Assembly: GCA_040390795.1 (NCBI GenBank)
Contig: JAZJXV010000017.1
Span: 62-64,061, forward strand
From: Pseudomonadota bacterium
Lineage (GTDB): Bacteria > Pseudomonadota > Gammaproteobacteria > Burkholderiales > Burkholderiaceae_D
DNA: 64,000 bases
Reading direction: 5' to 3'
In this document: piece by piece, positions 19,601-29,709 of the stretch
How positions within the stretch are numbered: position 1 is the stretch's first letter
Layout of the letters: each line of letters starts with the position of its first letter
Translations under genes and position numbers: made by a program
The notes under the pieces: model-generated
Databases searched by the model: none
Told to the model about the DNA's origin: nothing
What the model saw: only the letters and a program-made list of their open reading frames with translations

Positions 19601-21070
19601 ATGAAGCAATCCCTGCAATTACGAGTCTCGCAACATCTGGCTTTAACGCCACAACTGCAACAATCGATACGCTTGTTGCAGTTGTCGACTCTTGAATTGC
19701 ATCAGGAACTGGAACAGATACTGGCCGACAATCCGATGCTGGAGCGTACCGATGATCCTCTCGATCATGCAATACGCTTGTTAGCTGATGGTGCCATCGG
19801 TGCAAACGGAACCACACCTGAAGGCGCCAGCGTCGAAGCCAACGCGCAAACACCTGAGAGCGAAACAACATTCGAAGCACCTGATCTGCCGGAAGCCTCC
19901 AGCGCTGAAAGCGACTGGAGCTTTGACGATGTTGCACGCACCTCCAAAGCACCGGAAGATGACGATGCCCGTCCGCAACTGGAAGCACACGAGACCACGC
20001 TGCGCGAACACTTGCTGGAACAGATGCGCGTCACTGTACGCGAACGACGCGACCGCGCCTTGCTCGAACTCATCATCGATGCCTTGAACGACAACGGCTA
20101 TTTGGAAGAAGAGCTGGAAGAAATTCACGCACGTCTGCCGGAAGAACTCGAAATCGAACTGGAAGAATTACAGATCGCCTTGAATCTGCTGCAAAGCTTC
20201 GATCCAGCCGGCGTCGGTGCACGTAATGCTTCCGAATGTCTTGCATTGCAAATCAAACGCTTCCCCAAAGTAGCGATGGTGACGCGCCGCATGGCACTCG
20301 CCATTGTCGAAAATCATCTCCCCTTATTCGCTCAGCGCGACTTCAACAAACTACGCAAGGCACTCGATTGCGACGACGAAGATCTGCGTGAAGCACAAGT
20401 CATCATCAAGCAATGCAATCCGCATCCAGGCTCGATCTTTGCCACAGATACATCGGATTATGTTGTGCCGGACGTCATCGTCAAACGTACACGCAATGGC
20501 TGGCAAGTCATGCTCAATCACGACGTCATGCCCCGCCTGCGCGTTAATAGCATGTATGCCAACATTTTGAAGCAAAGCAAGGGCGAAGGATCGCTTGGTT
20601 CCCAGCTGCAAGAGGCTAAATGGCTGATCAAAAACATGCGCCAACGCTTCGACACCATCCTTCGTGTCGCACAGGCAATTGTAGAGCGGCAAAAAAACTT
20701 TTTTTCACATGGTGCAGTTGCCATGCGACCGCTTGTTTTACGTGAAATAGCTGATACACTGGGTTTACACGAGAGTACTATTTCACGTGTAACCACCCAG
20801 AAGTACATGCTCACCCCACACGGGATGTTCGAATTGAAATATTTTTTCGGCAGCCATGTCGCAACAGAAGCTGGTGGCGAAGCGTCATCAACTGCGATAC
20901 GGGCACTGATCAAACAATTGATAGGAGCCGAAGACCCGAAAATTCCATTCTCTGATAGCAAGATTGCCGACATGCTGGCAGAACAAGGCATGGTGGTAGC
21001 AAGACGGACCGTCGCAAAATATCGTGAAGCCTTGAAGATTCCACCGGTCAATCTGCGCAAGTCGTTGTAG
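19601..21070 (+). CDS. rpoN: RNA polymerase sigma-54 factor
   Basis: [33 protein letters not shown] region I, acidic region II, RpoN box [10 protein letters not shown]. Confidence 0.98.
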   Translation: MKQSLQLRVSQHLALTPQLQQSIRLLQLSTLELHQELEQILADNPMLERTDDPLDHAIRLLADGAIGANGTTPEGASVEANAQTPESETTFEAPDLPEASSAESDWSFDDVARTSKAPEDDDARPQLEAHETTLREHLLEQMRVTVRERRDRALLELIIDALNDNGYLEEELEEIHARLPEELEIELEELQIALNLLQSFDPAGVGARNASECLALQIKRFPKVAMVTRRMALAIVENHLPLFAQRDFNKLRKALDCDDEDLREAQVIIKQCNPHPGSIFATDTSDYVVPDVIVKRTRNGWQVMLNHDVMPRLRVNSMYANILKQSKGEGSLGSQLQEAKWLIKNMRQRFDTILRVAQAIVERQKNFFSHGAVAMRPLVLREIADTLGLHESTISRVTTQKYMLTPHGMFELKYFFGSHVATEAGGEASSTAIRALIKQLIGAEDPKIPFSDSKIADMLAEQGMVVARRTVAKYREALKIPPVNLRKSL

Positions 21071-21173
21071 ATATCGTCCTGAGTAGTTTTTTGTTGTTAT
21101 ACGTTGCTGTGTTCAGCGTAGTCAGATAACAAGACGCGCACGAACCTCCAGTGATCTGCCATAGGAGCACTGT

Positions 21174-21536
21174 ATGAATCTCACAATCAGTGGACATCAC
21201 CTCGAATTAACCCCCGCCATCCGCGAATATGTACAAGGTAAATTGGAGCGCATCAAACGTCATTTTGATCACGTTATCGATATCGCAGTCATCCTGACTG
21301 TAGACAATCTTCCGGAAAAAGAAAAACGCCAAAAAGCAGAAATAAACTTGCGCGTGAGAGGCAAGGATCTGCATGCGGAAAGTATCGCAGATAATTTATA
21401 TGCGGCCATCGATACGCTGATCGATAAACTCGATCGCCAAGTGATCAAATATAAAACCAAGCAACAAGACCATCAACACGAAGCGATCAAACGATTGCCG
21501 GATGAGTCTGATGTTGTTGCACCCTCAGGTGCATAG
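21174..21536 (+). CDS. hpf: Ribosome hibernation promoting factor (short HPF/YhbH)
   Basis: [31 protein letters not shown]; immediately downstream of rpoN. Confidence 0.93.
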   Translation: MNLTISGHHLELTPAIREYVQGKLERIKRHFDHVIDIAVILTVDNLPEKEKRQKAEINLRVRGKDLHAESIADNLYAAIDTLIDKLDRQVIKYKTKQQDHQHEAIKRLPDESDVVAPSGA

Positions 21537-21566
21537 ATAGACCGAGCAAATCGGTCAGATGAAATG

Positions 21567-21593
21567 AAGGGCGCAGATTGCGCCCTTTTTTAT
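21567..21593 (+). terminator. Intrinsic terminator after hpf
   Basis: AGGGCGCA-gat-TGCGCCCT followed by TTTTTTATTTT. Confidence 0.8.
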
Positions 21594-21619
21594 TTTCTTC
21601 AGGAATGATGAATACAACG

Positions 21620-22291
21620 TTAGCGCTGCTTATTCTCGCTGTTCATATCTTCCAGCATGACTTCAATTCTTAATTGGCTTTTAACAGGAATGCCATTCAT
21701 TTCGCCCGGATGAAATTTCAGCTTCGAAAATGCATCGACAACCGTTTTCTGAGCTGCTTCTGGCAACAATGAATTCTCTACAATCACATTATCCACATCG
21801 CCATACTCACTGATCAAGATTTGCAATCTGGCGGCTTGTGACGGAACATCAGGCACATTCAGTATGAGATCGACAGGAACATCACGGGAGACCAAAGGCT
21901 TTTGCGTCAAATCCTTCACGGCAAAATAATAAGGTTTAACTGGGTTCAACAAAGGGAATATTGCATTGACCTTGCGCGCCTGCTGATGATCTGGAGAAGA
22001 TGCCAAATGTACGACGTCAGTGACAGGAGTCGAGCTACGCCCAACCTCATTCACATATTGTGTATCTGAAGGTGTAACATTTTTTGAACCAATATCGACG
22101 ACCATCAAGCGTTCAACAGGATTAAATGCTGTCGAGCCCACATCTCCCGATCCTCCGCCCCGCCCAAAGAGAAATGCCAGAATCAAACAGCAATGCACGA
22201 CCAGAGACAAGCCAAACGCGAACACCTGCCAAGGTGTATATCGTCGCTCCTGTATTCTTATCCAAAGAGCAAATTGACCCCATCCATGCAT
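21620..22291 (-). CDS. Membrane-anchored protein with TonB C-terminal-like domain, last gene of the minor-pilin operon
   Basis: ATG lies 8 nt after the pilY1 stop. One TM (VFAFGLSLVVHCCLILAFLF). C-terminal ARLQILISEYGDVDNVIVENSLLPEAAQKTVVDAFSKLKFHPGEMNGIPVKSQLRIEVM resembles the TonB_C pattern. Function unknown. Confidence 0.6.
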   Translation of the reverse strand: MHGWGQFALWIRIQERRYTPWQVFAFGLSLVVHCCLILAFLFGRGGGSGDVGSTAFNPVERLMVVDIGSKNVTPSDTQYVNEVGRSSTPVTDVVHLASSPDHQQARKVNAIFPLLNPVKPYYFAVKDLTQKPLVSRDVPVDLILNVPDVPSQAARLQILISEYGDVDNVIVENSLLPEAAQKTVVDAFSKLKFHPGEMNGIPVKSQLRIEVMLEDMNSENKQR

Positions 22292-22299
22292 GACATTCT

Positions 22300-25200
22300 C
22301 TAATCAGTAATCAACTCGCGCCATGAAACACGTCGGGCACCATTGCCACTACCAGGATTGGATGAAGGATCATCAAAAACGGTGATGACACCTGTCGTGT
22401 CGGTTACCAAAGTGATGGTTTTACCGGTATTCAGTTTCAGGGTTTTCAAACCGGCAACCAGCCCTCCTGATGGGCGCCCCGCAACATTACCCGTTGCACC
22501 TTCAACATACTGTCCCGTTTTGAAGTCGAGAGAATAAATCCACGCATACCCACCAGGAGTACATGCATTTCCTTCAGGGACATTACCGGCCACTGTCAAC
22601 AAACCCAGTTGCTGCTGCATATCGACATTCACGCGCTCACCAGGCGACTTGTTCCCGGGATTGAGGTCCATATACCAACCCGATGTATTAGCCCAATTCA
22701 CCGCATTGGTCGAAGTTGTGCGAGTAGAACCGTCCGTACTGGTACTCAAGGTCTGCTGCACCAGCACGCCCGCCGTGCGCACCTTGCCCAAACCTGTTTC
22801 GCTCAACTCGTCTTTCAACGCATAAATCGACTGAGTAGCTTTATCTGCCAAATCAGACACCCCTAAATAACGCCCGGTCCCGATATTGACTATCGCATAA
22901 GTACTCCCTGCTGCAGTCACTTCGGTCAGTTCCGGCTTGATCGTAATAGGTTGAATACCTACAGGTGAAACATTGCCTAACTCAGCCATCAAAGTGACCA
23001 AATTCCCCTCGGGAGCTATCCGGTCATCTGGATCGAAACGCCATACATTCCCCAGCAAATCGCCACCATAAAAACGCTTGGCGGTGTTGTCGCTGGTGCT
23101 GTCAATCCATGCATTGATTTTTGCCAGACCACTTGGTGTCGTTGTGTCACCTGCAGTCGTGTCAAGTTTTGAAAGCAAAGCGCCCGTATTCGCATTCAAA
23201 ATATACAGATGCCCTTTTCCATCACCGCCGGAATGATTGTTATAGCCTGATGTGAATACAACCACCCACGTACCATCACGACGCTTGGTGATCACCGGAT
23301 TGCCGTAGCTGTATCCAATATCTGCATCATTGGTCATGGTGAAATTCCACAGCGCTTTCGGATTTGCAGGATCCGTAATATCGAGCGCATAGTAGCCTTT
23401 ACCACCGCCGTTCAATCCTCCAACTAAAATACTTTTCCAGTCATTGGCTCTACATGTCGAACTTGGTGCATTAGGACAGATATCCCCCACTGTAGGTGCG
23501 CCATCAACATAGTATTGATGATTCGTCGCATAGTTTTTGTCTGCCAATTTATATAAATTAGGCATGACCATCGGCGGGATATATGCCCACTTCTCTGCCC
23601 CTGAACTGGCCTGACCAATCGATGCATCGAACGCATGCAGCATGCCATCGTTCGCTGCCACATAAACCATCGCCAAACGATTGCTTTGTGCAGATTTAAA
23701 AGCATCGTAGTCATTATCGACATAAGAAAAGGGAGGCGCTCTCACATAAACAGGCTGGGAGCCGATCATGTCACCCAACACATGTTCACGATCACGGTAT
23801 ATCGGATTGGTATTACCGGCCTGATCTTCATAACCATTTTGGCCGCGAATAAACTTCAAGAGATTTTCACCAGGGATCAAATCCTTCTGAGCTTGCGTCA
23901 AATTTGGGCCATTGATTGAATCATTGCATTGCGATAGTCGTACTGCAGGCGCGCACATATTATTGAAGTACGCCTTTTCATCCGTCGTCAGATTGGCCCA
24001 TGTAAATGTTTTCAATTTGTCAGTTGCAGATCCACTGAACGTATAAATCGTTCGCGTATCGCTGGCAAGACTCACCATCACATCCAGTTTTTGCTGCGCC
24101 GACCAACTGACATCATCCGAAATTGCGCCGGAGCTGGGATCTATCGTCTTTGCCTTGAGATCGCCATCCCAGAAAGCGGTCCGATACATCGCCAGAAAGA
24201 GAAAATTATCCGCCTCAACCGGCTCCAGATTACTGGTCGCTGCAGCGGCACCAGCACCATCCCGCACCTTTGCACTTGTCAGCGCTTTGGTAATGCCCTT
24301 TACCAGAGAATCAGGGGTCTGGGCACTGAAATAAGTGCCACGTCCGTTGACAGCCGCATGCCACAGATCGTCAATTCGGGTCGGACCTTCACTGGCCATC
24401 GGATCTGGCCAATTCTTGGGGCCAGACTTGATGTCAGCATAATCTCCCGCTGTCTGCTTTAAATAATCTTCCGTATACGTCAACGCTCCATTCACACCCA
24501 AACCAAGGGTAAATGTGGTCATGTGTTGAGAAGCTTTATTATCAGCGCCGGAACCCAGAACATTATTCTCGCAAACATCCGTTCCCGTACCCAACGCGCC
24601 TGTGCAATTCGAGGTGCGCAAATCGGTGTTGTAGTAATAGGAAGCCACATCGGCCAGGGAATTGGAAACACCACCGGTAGTAACTGAAACAGTGCGGCTG
24701 CTGAATGCAGTCGGCGTAATACTCATGCCTCCGGTATTCGCTTTCGTCACAACTGGCGTAAAGGTAATCGCGCCCAGTGAAGTTGGTGCCTTGATGGTCA
24801 CTACACTGCCGTCAACAGTAGCGGTATAACCGTTTTTATTGATTACATTTGTGATTAGAGACGCAAGCCCACTGGTAGAACTACGTGCATTGGTAGAATC
24901 GGAGGTTATCACCGTACCATTCACAGTGATTTTCGTTACTGAAGTACTGCCTGATCCACTCACAGTAAGCGTAGCCGTCGTGTAAGTAACGTCATTGGTG
25001 ACCGTGCCATCGTACATAGGCCGCGCTTCTGTCGCATCCTGATTACCTACATCCGTTACTCCATCCAGCTTTTTAGGCCCATAAGTACTTGATTCTCCAC
25101 TCGTATTCCAATAACCATCAGTCGAGAGAATGGCAAAATTCTGTTGGCAGGAATACTGCACAGGATCATCTGCTCCTGTCAGCAGCATACCGCCATAGAG

Positions 25201-26142
25201 GCGCCCTGCTTTAGACAGTGCCGCTCGCAGCGGTGTCGATGAGACAGGAGCCGCCTTGTAGAGTTTCTCGTAAAAACTGGCTTTCTGTGTAACGTCAAAA
25301 TCGGCGATCTTGAGGAAATTCACATTTGAAGAGTCGGTTCCGGTATAGCTGATGGTTGAATAACCGACACGGTACTTGTCGTTAACATCCGCGAAAGCAA
25401 GGCCGGCCGATGACTTCATCGCAAGCATGCGGGTACGGTAATAACTATACCAATTGGCAAAATTCTGCCGCTCATCCGTTCCTCCCGGACCTGTTGTTGC
25501 GCCGACGATTACTTTCGTCCAGTTGGAACCGTAATTGGAATTGTCGTTCTTGCAGTGATCATTGGTACTGTTGTCTCCAAGATTGGCGCTCTTGTTCCCT
25601 GTGTAAACAAAGTAGTAAGCTGCCGATTGCGTGTTCGGAATATCATTAGATCCACCTGTCGTACATGCTCCCCCACTGTTCCAGCAATCTCCATTATCGT
25701 TACCATATCCTGCCGGATGCTTTGGCGAGCTACTCAGCGAACGCCATGCCATGAACTGACTGCTCAGATTAATAGTCAACGAGCCTTCTTTGAAGCCATC
25801 GTAATATGCTGCGGTAAATGAAGGCGCTGGATAAGTTCCAGTTGCGCTCGCCGGCAAGACATACGTCACAGCCGGATTGTAATAAGCCTTGTTGCAAATG
25901 GTATTGCGATAGCCGACCTTGTTAACATAATTCTTGCTATAGACGTCGTCGCCCAAATAGCTCCATGCCATACTGCCCGAGTCATCAAGGATGAACATCA
26001 CGTTCGGCTTGACTACATCAGTCGAGGAAGACGCCAACGGCGCATTGGCCAGATCTGTTTCGGCTGCATGCGCCACATGTCCAATGAACATCAAGGTAAT
26101 CAGCATTAACAGGAATCGCATACTGCTGGAACGGTATTTCAT
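22300..26142 (-). CDS. pilY1: Type IV pilus tip-associated adhesin / biogenesis factor PilY1 (PilC family) with N-terminal vWA domain
   Basis: 1280 aa with signal peptide. vWA MIDAS VMFILDDSGSM. PilY1 propeller motifs VYVAANDGMLHAFD and GDLLGNVWRFD. GGAGAA RBS. Confidence 0.92.
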   Translation of the reverse strand: MKYRSSSMRFLLMLITLMFIGHVAHAAETDLANAPLASSSTDVVKPNVMFILDDSGSMAWSYLGDDVYSKNYVNKVGYRNTICNKAYYNPAVTYVLPASATGTYPAPSFTAAYYDGFKEGSLTINLSSQFMAWRSLSSSPKHPAGYGNDNGDCWNSGGACTTGGSNDIPNTQSAAYYFVYTGNKSANLGDNSTNDHCKNDNSNYGSNWTKVIVGATTGPGGTDERQNFANWYSYYRTRMLAMKSSAGLAFADVNDKYRVGYSTISYTGTDSSNVNFLKIADFDVTQKASFYEKLYKAAPVSSTPLRAALSKAGRLYGGMLLTGADDPVQYSCQQNFAILSTDGYWNTSGESSTYGPKKLDGVTDVGNQDATEARPMYDGTVTNDVTYTTATLTVSGSGSTSVTKITVNGTVITSDSTNARSSTSGLASLITNVINKNGYTATVDGSVVTIKAPTSLGAITFTPVVTKANTGGMSITPTAFSSRTVSVTTGGVSNSLADVASYYYNTDLRTSNCTGALGTGTDVCENNVLGSGADNKASQHMTTFTLGLGVNGALTYTEDYLKQTAGDYADIKSGPKNWPDPMASEGPTRIDDLWHAAVNGRGTYFSAQTPDSLVKGITKALTSAKVRDGAGAAAATSNLEPVEADNFLFLAMYRTAFWDGDLKAKTIDPSSGAISDDVSWSAQQKLDVMVSLASDTRTIYTFSGSATDKLKTFTWANLTTDEKAYFNNMCAPAVRLSQCNDSINGPNLTQAQKDLIPGENLLKFIRGQNGYEDQAGNTNPIYRDREHVLGDMIGSQPVYVRAPPFSYVDNDYDAFKSAQSNRLAMVYVAANDGMLHAFDASIGQASSGAEKWAYIPPMVMPNLYKLADKNYATNHQYYVDGAPTVGDICPNAPSSTCRANDWKSILVGGLNGGGKGYYALDITDPANPKALWNFTMTNDADIGYSYGNPVITKRRDGTWVVVFTSGYNNHSGGDGKGHLYILNANTGALLSKLDTTAGDTTTPSGLAKINAWIDSTSDNTAKRFYGGDLLGNVWRFDPDDRIAPEGNLVTLMAELGNVSPVGIQPITIKPELTEVTAAGSTYAIVNIGTGRYLGVSDLADKATQSIYALKDELSETGLGKVRTAGVLVQQTLSTSTDGSTRTTSTNAVNWANTSGWYMDLNPGNKSPGERVNVDMQQQLGLLTVAGNVPEGNACTPGGYAWIYSLDFKTGQYVEGATGNVAGRPSGGLVAGLKTLKLNTGKTITLVTDTTGVITVFDDPSSNPGSGNGARRVSWRELITD

Positions 26143-26204
26143 TTTGTTCTCCGAATATTGCTATCGGCTTGCAATCGCTTCTATCTGCGACAGAAGCAGG
26201 CACG

Positions 26205-26882
26205 CTAGAAATGGATCATGGTTTCCACAAAGCTAACCGTATTTCTCGGCCCTTTTACCCGCGAGATGATGCGATAGTAAGGGCCCGGCAAAGGCTCGAA
26301 CCGCTTGTCTTCGCCGTACTTCAGCTCGCCTCTTTTAGGACTCGTGGAATTACTGGATTGATAAGTAACGCAAGTATTCCCAACGCTATTGGGATCAGTC
26401 TCGGTCTGGCATAGTCGGTGGATGATGTAGGAAACAGCGTTGTCTCCTACCGTTATTGCTGGCGCAGGCTTGACGCAAGTAGCAAATGTGAGGCCGCTGC
26501 AATTATTGTCGTCCCAGTCAACCGCCGACACAGTCGCAGAGCTCAGTTTATTGGTTGGATCCAGTGTCGCCTGACTCGTTGCGTAATACCCTTTGGCCGC
26601 ATTATTTACATACAAAGTGGTACTGCCATTCAAGGGCGTCAACCAAGCAATTGCAGACTCTGTCCCGGCATCCCCCGCCAGCGTTGCACCTTGCTTGAAG
26701 GCCAGATTGCCGGCAACCATATTGCCTGTATCGACCGAACGTACCAAGGCTATGCCTGCAAGTGTCATCGCAACTAGGACGATCAATGCAATCAGCAGAA
26801 CGACGCCCTTCTCGCGTCTGTAAACAACACTAGAAAAAATGCGGGGCGCTGCACTTCGCGCAGAAAAGTTGGTCGATTTCAT
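26205..26882 (-). CDS. pilX: Type IV minor pilin / pilus assembly protein PilX
   Basis: PilX_N-like hydrophobic start EKGVVLLIALIVLVAMTLAGIALV. ATGA overlap with pilW. Position between pilW and pilY1. Confidence 0.8.
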   Translation of the reverse strand: MKSTNFSARSAAPRIFSSVVYRREKGVVLLIALIVLVAMTLAGIALVRSVDTGNMVAGNLAFKQGATLAGDAGTESAIAWLTPLNGSTTLYVNNAAKGYYATSQATLDPTNKLSSATVSAVDWDDNNCSGLTFATCVKPAPAITVGDNAVSYIIHRLCQTETDPNSVGNTCVTYQSSNSTSPKRGELKYGEDKRFEPLPGPYYRIISRVKGPRNTVSFVETMIHF

Positions 26883-28006
26883 GCACGCCCCCACAACAGA
26901 TTCCGCAAAGGAATCACGCTTTCAAATGTCTTGTATCGATAACATTGCCAATCTGCATTAGCCGTTCCATCCGCGTTCTTGCTGACATCAATCGCACCAC
27001 CTGCCCATGTCGGCGTATTCGCAGGACGTCCTCCAACAGCCGTGCTGATCGTGATATCGCAGACGCCACTGACACTCCGTTTTTCCTTCAATGGACTGCG
27101 CGCAACCACTGCCATACGCACTGCAATGACGCGAGCAATATCACCCGCATCATTGACCGTGCCGCTGGCATCGGCATCTATCATGGTGGCGCTCCATGTG
27201 TCGACCCTAGGATCGTCTTGCACACCCGCCCGTGTATCAAAACCGTATTCGGCCTGCATGTTCACAATATCGGAAGTGATGGAACGCGTAACACTGGTAT
27301 TGCTGCTACTGTCCAGTTCTGTAAGCATTAAATTACTGCCGGCATCCAGCGAGTAGGTATGGTCGATCAACGATCCCATATTCAATACCAACGCTCCGAC
27401 GCTATAACCGCCTGAAGGAAAAATATTTGCTCCTCCTGGTGGGTTCCATGCGCTGGTGTTTTGATGATGGACCTGCACATTACCGTTCGGAATGCCGGTC
27501 GCCTGCATCAGAGTGCAGGTTTTACCCGGTTCGTACGCAACCAGCAAATCACCTACCTCTATACCCAAATTGGTATTGAGGAAAATATTTGTCGCCTGTG
27601 GAGGATGCTCGACGGTTATCCTGCTCGGCAAGCTCCAGTTCCCCTTGGAACTGGCAAGAATACGTATTCTGTCTGGTCCACCATTTGCCCCCGAGGTAAT
27701 CACGACCGGAGACAAGGACAAACTGGGAAGTTCAGCACCATCGTAGTACTGTCTTATCGTACACCCCAAGGCTCCCGGCAAACTCAGACCATACCCAGCT
27801 CTGCGCACATCTCGATCGACGGTGTAGAGGGCAGTAGCAGCATTTGTCTGTGCATCGGCACCTGTAGTCGTGGTTCGTTTTTGCCCCTCAAAAACGACGG
27901 ACACTTGCATGATAATCAAGACCCCCAGCAAGCCAATCGCAATGCCAACCATGATTTCGACCAGGCTGAAACCAAGATTGCGCCGCGTTAAAGGTAGGTA
28001 ATGCAT
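26879..28006 (-). CDS. pilW: Type IV minor pilin PilW
   Basis: Prepilin leader and N-methylation motif RRNLGFSLVEIMVGIAIGLLG; 375 aa; GGGAGAG RBS. Confidence 0.85.
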   Translation of the reverse strand: MHYLPLTRRNLGFSLVEIMVGIAIGLLGVLIIMQVSVVFEGQKRTTTTGADAQTNAATALYTVDRDVRRAGYGLSLPGALGCTIRQYYDGAELPSLSLSPVVITSGANGGPDRIRILASSKGNWSLPSRITVEHPPQATNIFLNTNLGIEVGDLLVAYEPGKTCTLMQATGIPNGNVQVHHQNTSAWNPPGGANIFPSGGYSVGALVLNMGSLIDHTYSLDAGSNLMLTELDSSSNTSVTRSITSDIVNMQAEYGFDTRAGVQDDPRVDTWSATMIDADASGTVNDAGDIARVIAVRMAVVARSPLKEKRSVSGVCDITISTAVGGRPANTPTWAGGAIDVSKNADGTANADWQCYRYKTFESVIPLRNLLWGRA

Positions 28007-28021
28007 GACAAACTCTCCCGG

Positions 28022-28465
28022 CTAATCGTGAATGCGCGTGACCGCAACATAATTGTGCGATCCTGACTCGCCCGGCGCTTGCCAGAACACCGTCACTGTC
28101 ACCGTACTATCTGCACCGATCACTATCGTCGGCAAATTCTGTGCAGCACTCGGTGGAGTGGCAACAGCATCCGCGACACCAGGCAAGGCTTGCGCCACCT
28201 TCGCCTTCCATGCCAAATACTGAACACCAGTATCCGCTCCATAATTGGCAACCAGGGTTGCATTTGTCTTGTCGCCGGTCCACATTTCACCAATGACCTG
28301 ATTCGCCAGCAAGCTGGCCTCGGTTCGGTATTTCGCACTGGCAGTATCCTTAACTGATACACCCAGCAATGCGACCAGAGAAAGAATGCCCAGTGAAAAA
28401 ATCAGGATGGCGATCAAGCTTTCCAGCATGAGCGATCCGCGCTGTGTGTGAAAGGAAGTTTTCAT
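28022..28465 (-). CDS. pilV: Type IV minor pilin PilV
   Basis: QRGSLMLESLIAILIFSLGILSL prepilin-type N-terminus. Start trimmed to ATG 28465, adjacent to the fimU stop (28467). Confidence 0.82.
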   Translation of the reverse strand: MKTSFHTQRGSLMLESLIAILIFSLGILSLVALLGVSVKDTASAKYRTEASLLANQVIGEMWTGDKTNATLVANYGADTGVQYLAWKAKVAQALPGVADAVATPPSAAQNLPTIVIGADSTVTVTVFWQAPGESGSHNYVAVTRIHD

Positions 28466-28466
28466 C

Positions 28467-29075
28467 TCAAGCACAACCCTGTGGATTACTTGCCAATGTG
28501 TGCGCAGGATCACACATACGAATCAAGCCACCGGTACTCACAACAACGACCAGTCTGCGAGCGTCACTGGTTGACGTATTAATGATGTCAACGCGTGTAA
28601 TATCAGTTCCGATATTCGCCGTTGGTACAAGACCGACGCCATTGAAAGTAACGCCCGCACCTCCCTCCTCCGACAAACCGGCTCCGGCCACCAATGCCGT
28701 GGCATATTGCGTCGCTGGCACAACCGCCGGTGGTGCAACGGTACTCACACCAACCCTCGCATTGGCGCCGCCTTCCGCATCGGAGCGTTGCTGTATCACC
28801 TCACCACAATCACTACCCGCGACAACACAAACCCTCCAAGCGACCAATCCGGCAGAACTAGTCAAATTAAAACGCACGCTTGTATTGCGTCGCACTGCTT
28901 CATTACGTGCGACCTGCAAACCATTTTGAACGGACTCTGCAGCAGTCCTGACTTGCGTATTCTGTATCCACAGTCCAAACGTAGGCATCCCCACAGCAAG
29001 CAAGATCGACACGATCGCGACCCCGATCAGCAATTCAAGCAGGCTGACGCCACGTTGATAGCGAGGCATTAACAT
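28467..29075 (-). CDS. fimU: GspH/FimT-FimU family type IV minor pilin
   Basis: [28 protein letters not shown] prepilin motif. The start may be 29075 or 29069 (TAATG junction with pilE). Confidence 0.8.
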   Translation of the reverse strand: MLMPRYQRGVSLLELLIGVAIVSILLAVGMPTFGLWIQNTQVRTAAESVQNGLQVARNEAVRRNTSVRFNLTSSAGLVAWRVCVVAGSDCGEVIQQRSDAEGGANARVGVSTVAPPAVVPATQYATALVAGAGLSEEGGAGVTFNGVGLVPTANIGTDITRVDIINTSTSDARRLVVVVSTGGLIRMCDPAHTLASNPQGCA

Positions 29076-29530
29076 CCACCACCTTTTTTAACGACCCAGC
29101 AAGCAACCGGTGCAGTGCCCCACGCCGTCGGCAATGTAACGGTACGGCGATTACCAGCCTGATCGATGGTGTAACTGAAATTATTCATCCCGCGATTGGC
29201 GATACCGGTTGCCGTAATGAGATAGGACTGACTTGACCCACCTGCACCCCAATTGCAGCTATAAGTAAAGTTGTCCGAAACAGGATTCGCCACGCCGCAG
29301 CTGGCGTCATCGGAACCATAATTTCGATTGTCTTGATAATACTGTTCGAGTCGGATCCGCATACTTGCCAAGGCGCTGGTTGCTTCGGGAATTTTTCCCC
29401 GTATTACATAGTCGCTGTACACAGGAATGGCTACTGCCGTGAGTATCCCTATAATCGCAACAGTGACCATAAGCTCAATCAAGGTAAATCCCTTGGCGTC
29501 TCGCAACGTCGGCAAAAATATATGTTTCAT
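29069..29530 (-). CDS. pilE: PilE-like type IV pilin (minor pilin)
   Basis: [43 protein letters not shown], matching the PilE-type N-terminus. AGGAAAG RBS. First gene of the operon. Confidence 0.82.
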   Translation of the reverse strand: MKHIFLPTLRDAKGFTLIELMVTVAIIGILTAVAIPVYSDYVIRGKIPEATSALASMRIRLEQYYQDNRNYGSDDASCGVANPVSDNFTYSCNWGAGGSSQSYLITATGIANRGMNNFSYTIDQAGNRRTVTLPTAWGTAPVACWVVKKGGGC

Positions 29531-29709
29531 GGCATCTTTCCTGTAATTAACATTAATTTAAAGCAATCAATCGGCAGAGCCAGTCTCATCCGACAAACGG
29601 TGCGATTCAGGTTCTGAATGGTTGAGCCAACTGTGGTGCTTGCCACAACATAAGCCGATAGAATGAGCGGATCTTATTCATACAACCTTACTCACTCATC
29701 TCGCGCATC

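Noticed and set aside
29531-29709. Sigma-54 promoter (TGGCAC-N5-TTGC) upstream of the pilE-led minor-pilin operon
   Set aside because: The closest strings on the minus strand (TGGCAAGCACCACAG and TGGCTCTGCCGATTGATTGC) do not place GG and GC at the required GG-N10-GC spacing. I could not support a convincing sigma-70 pair either, so no promoter is reported.
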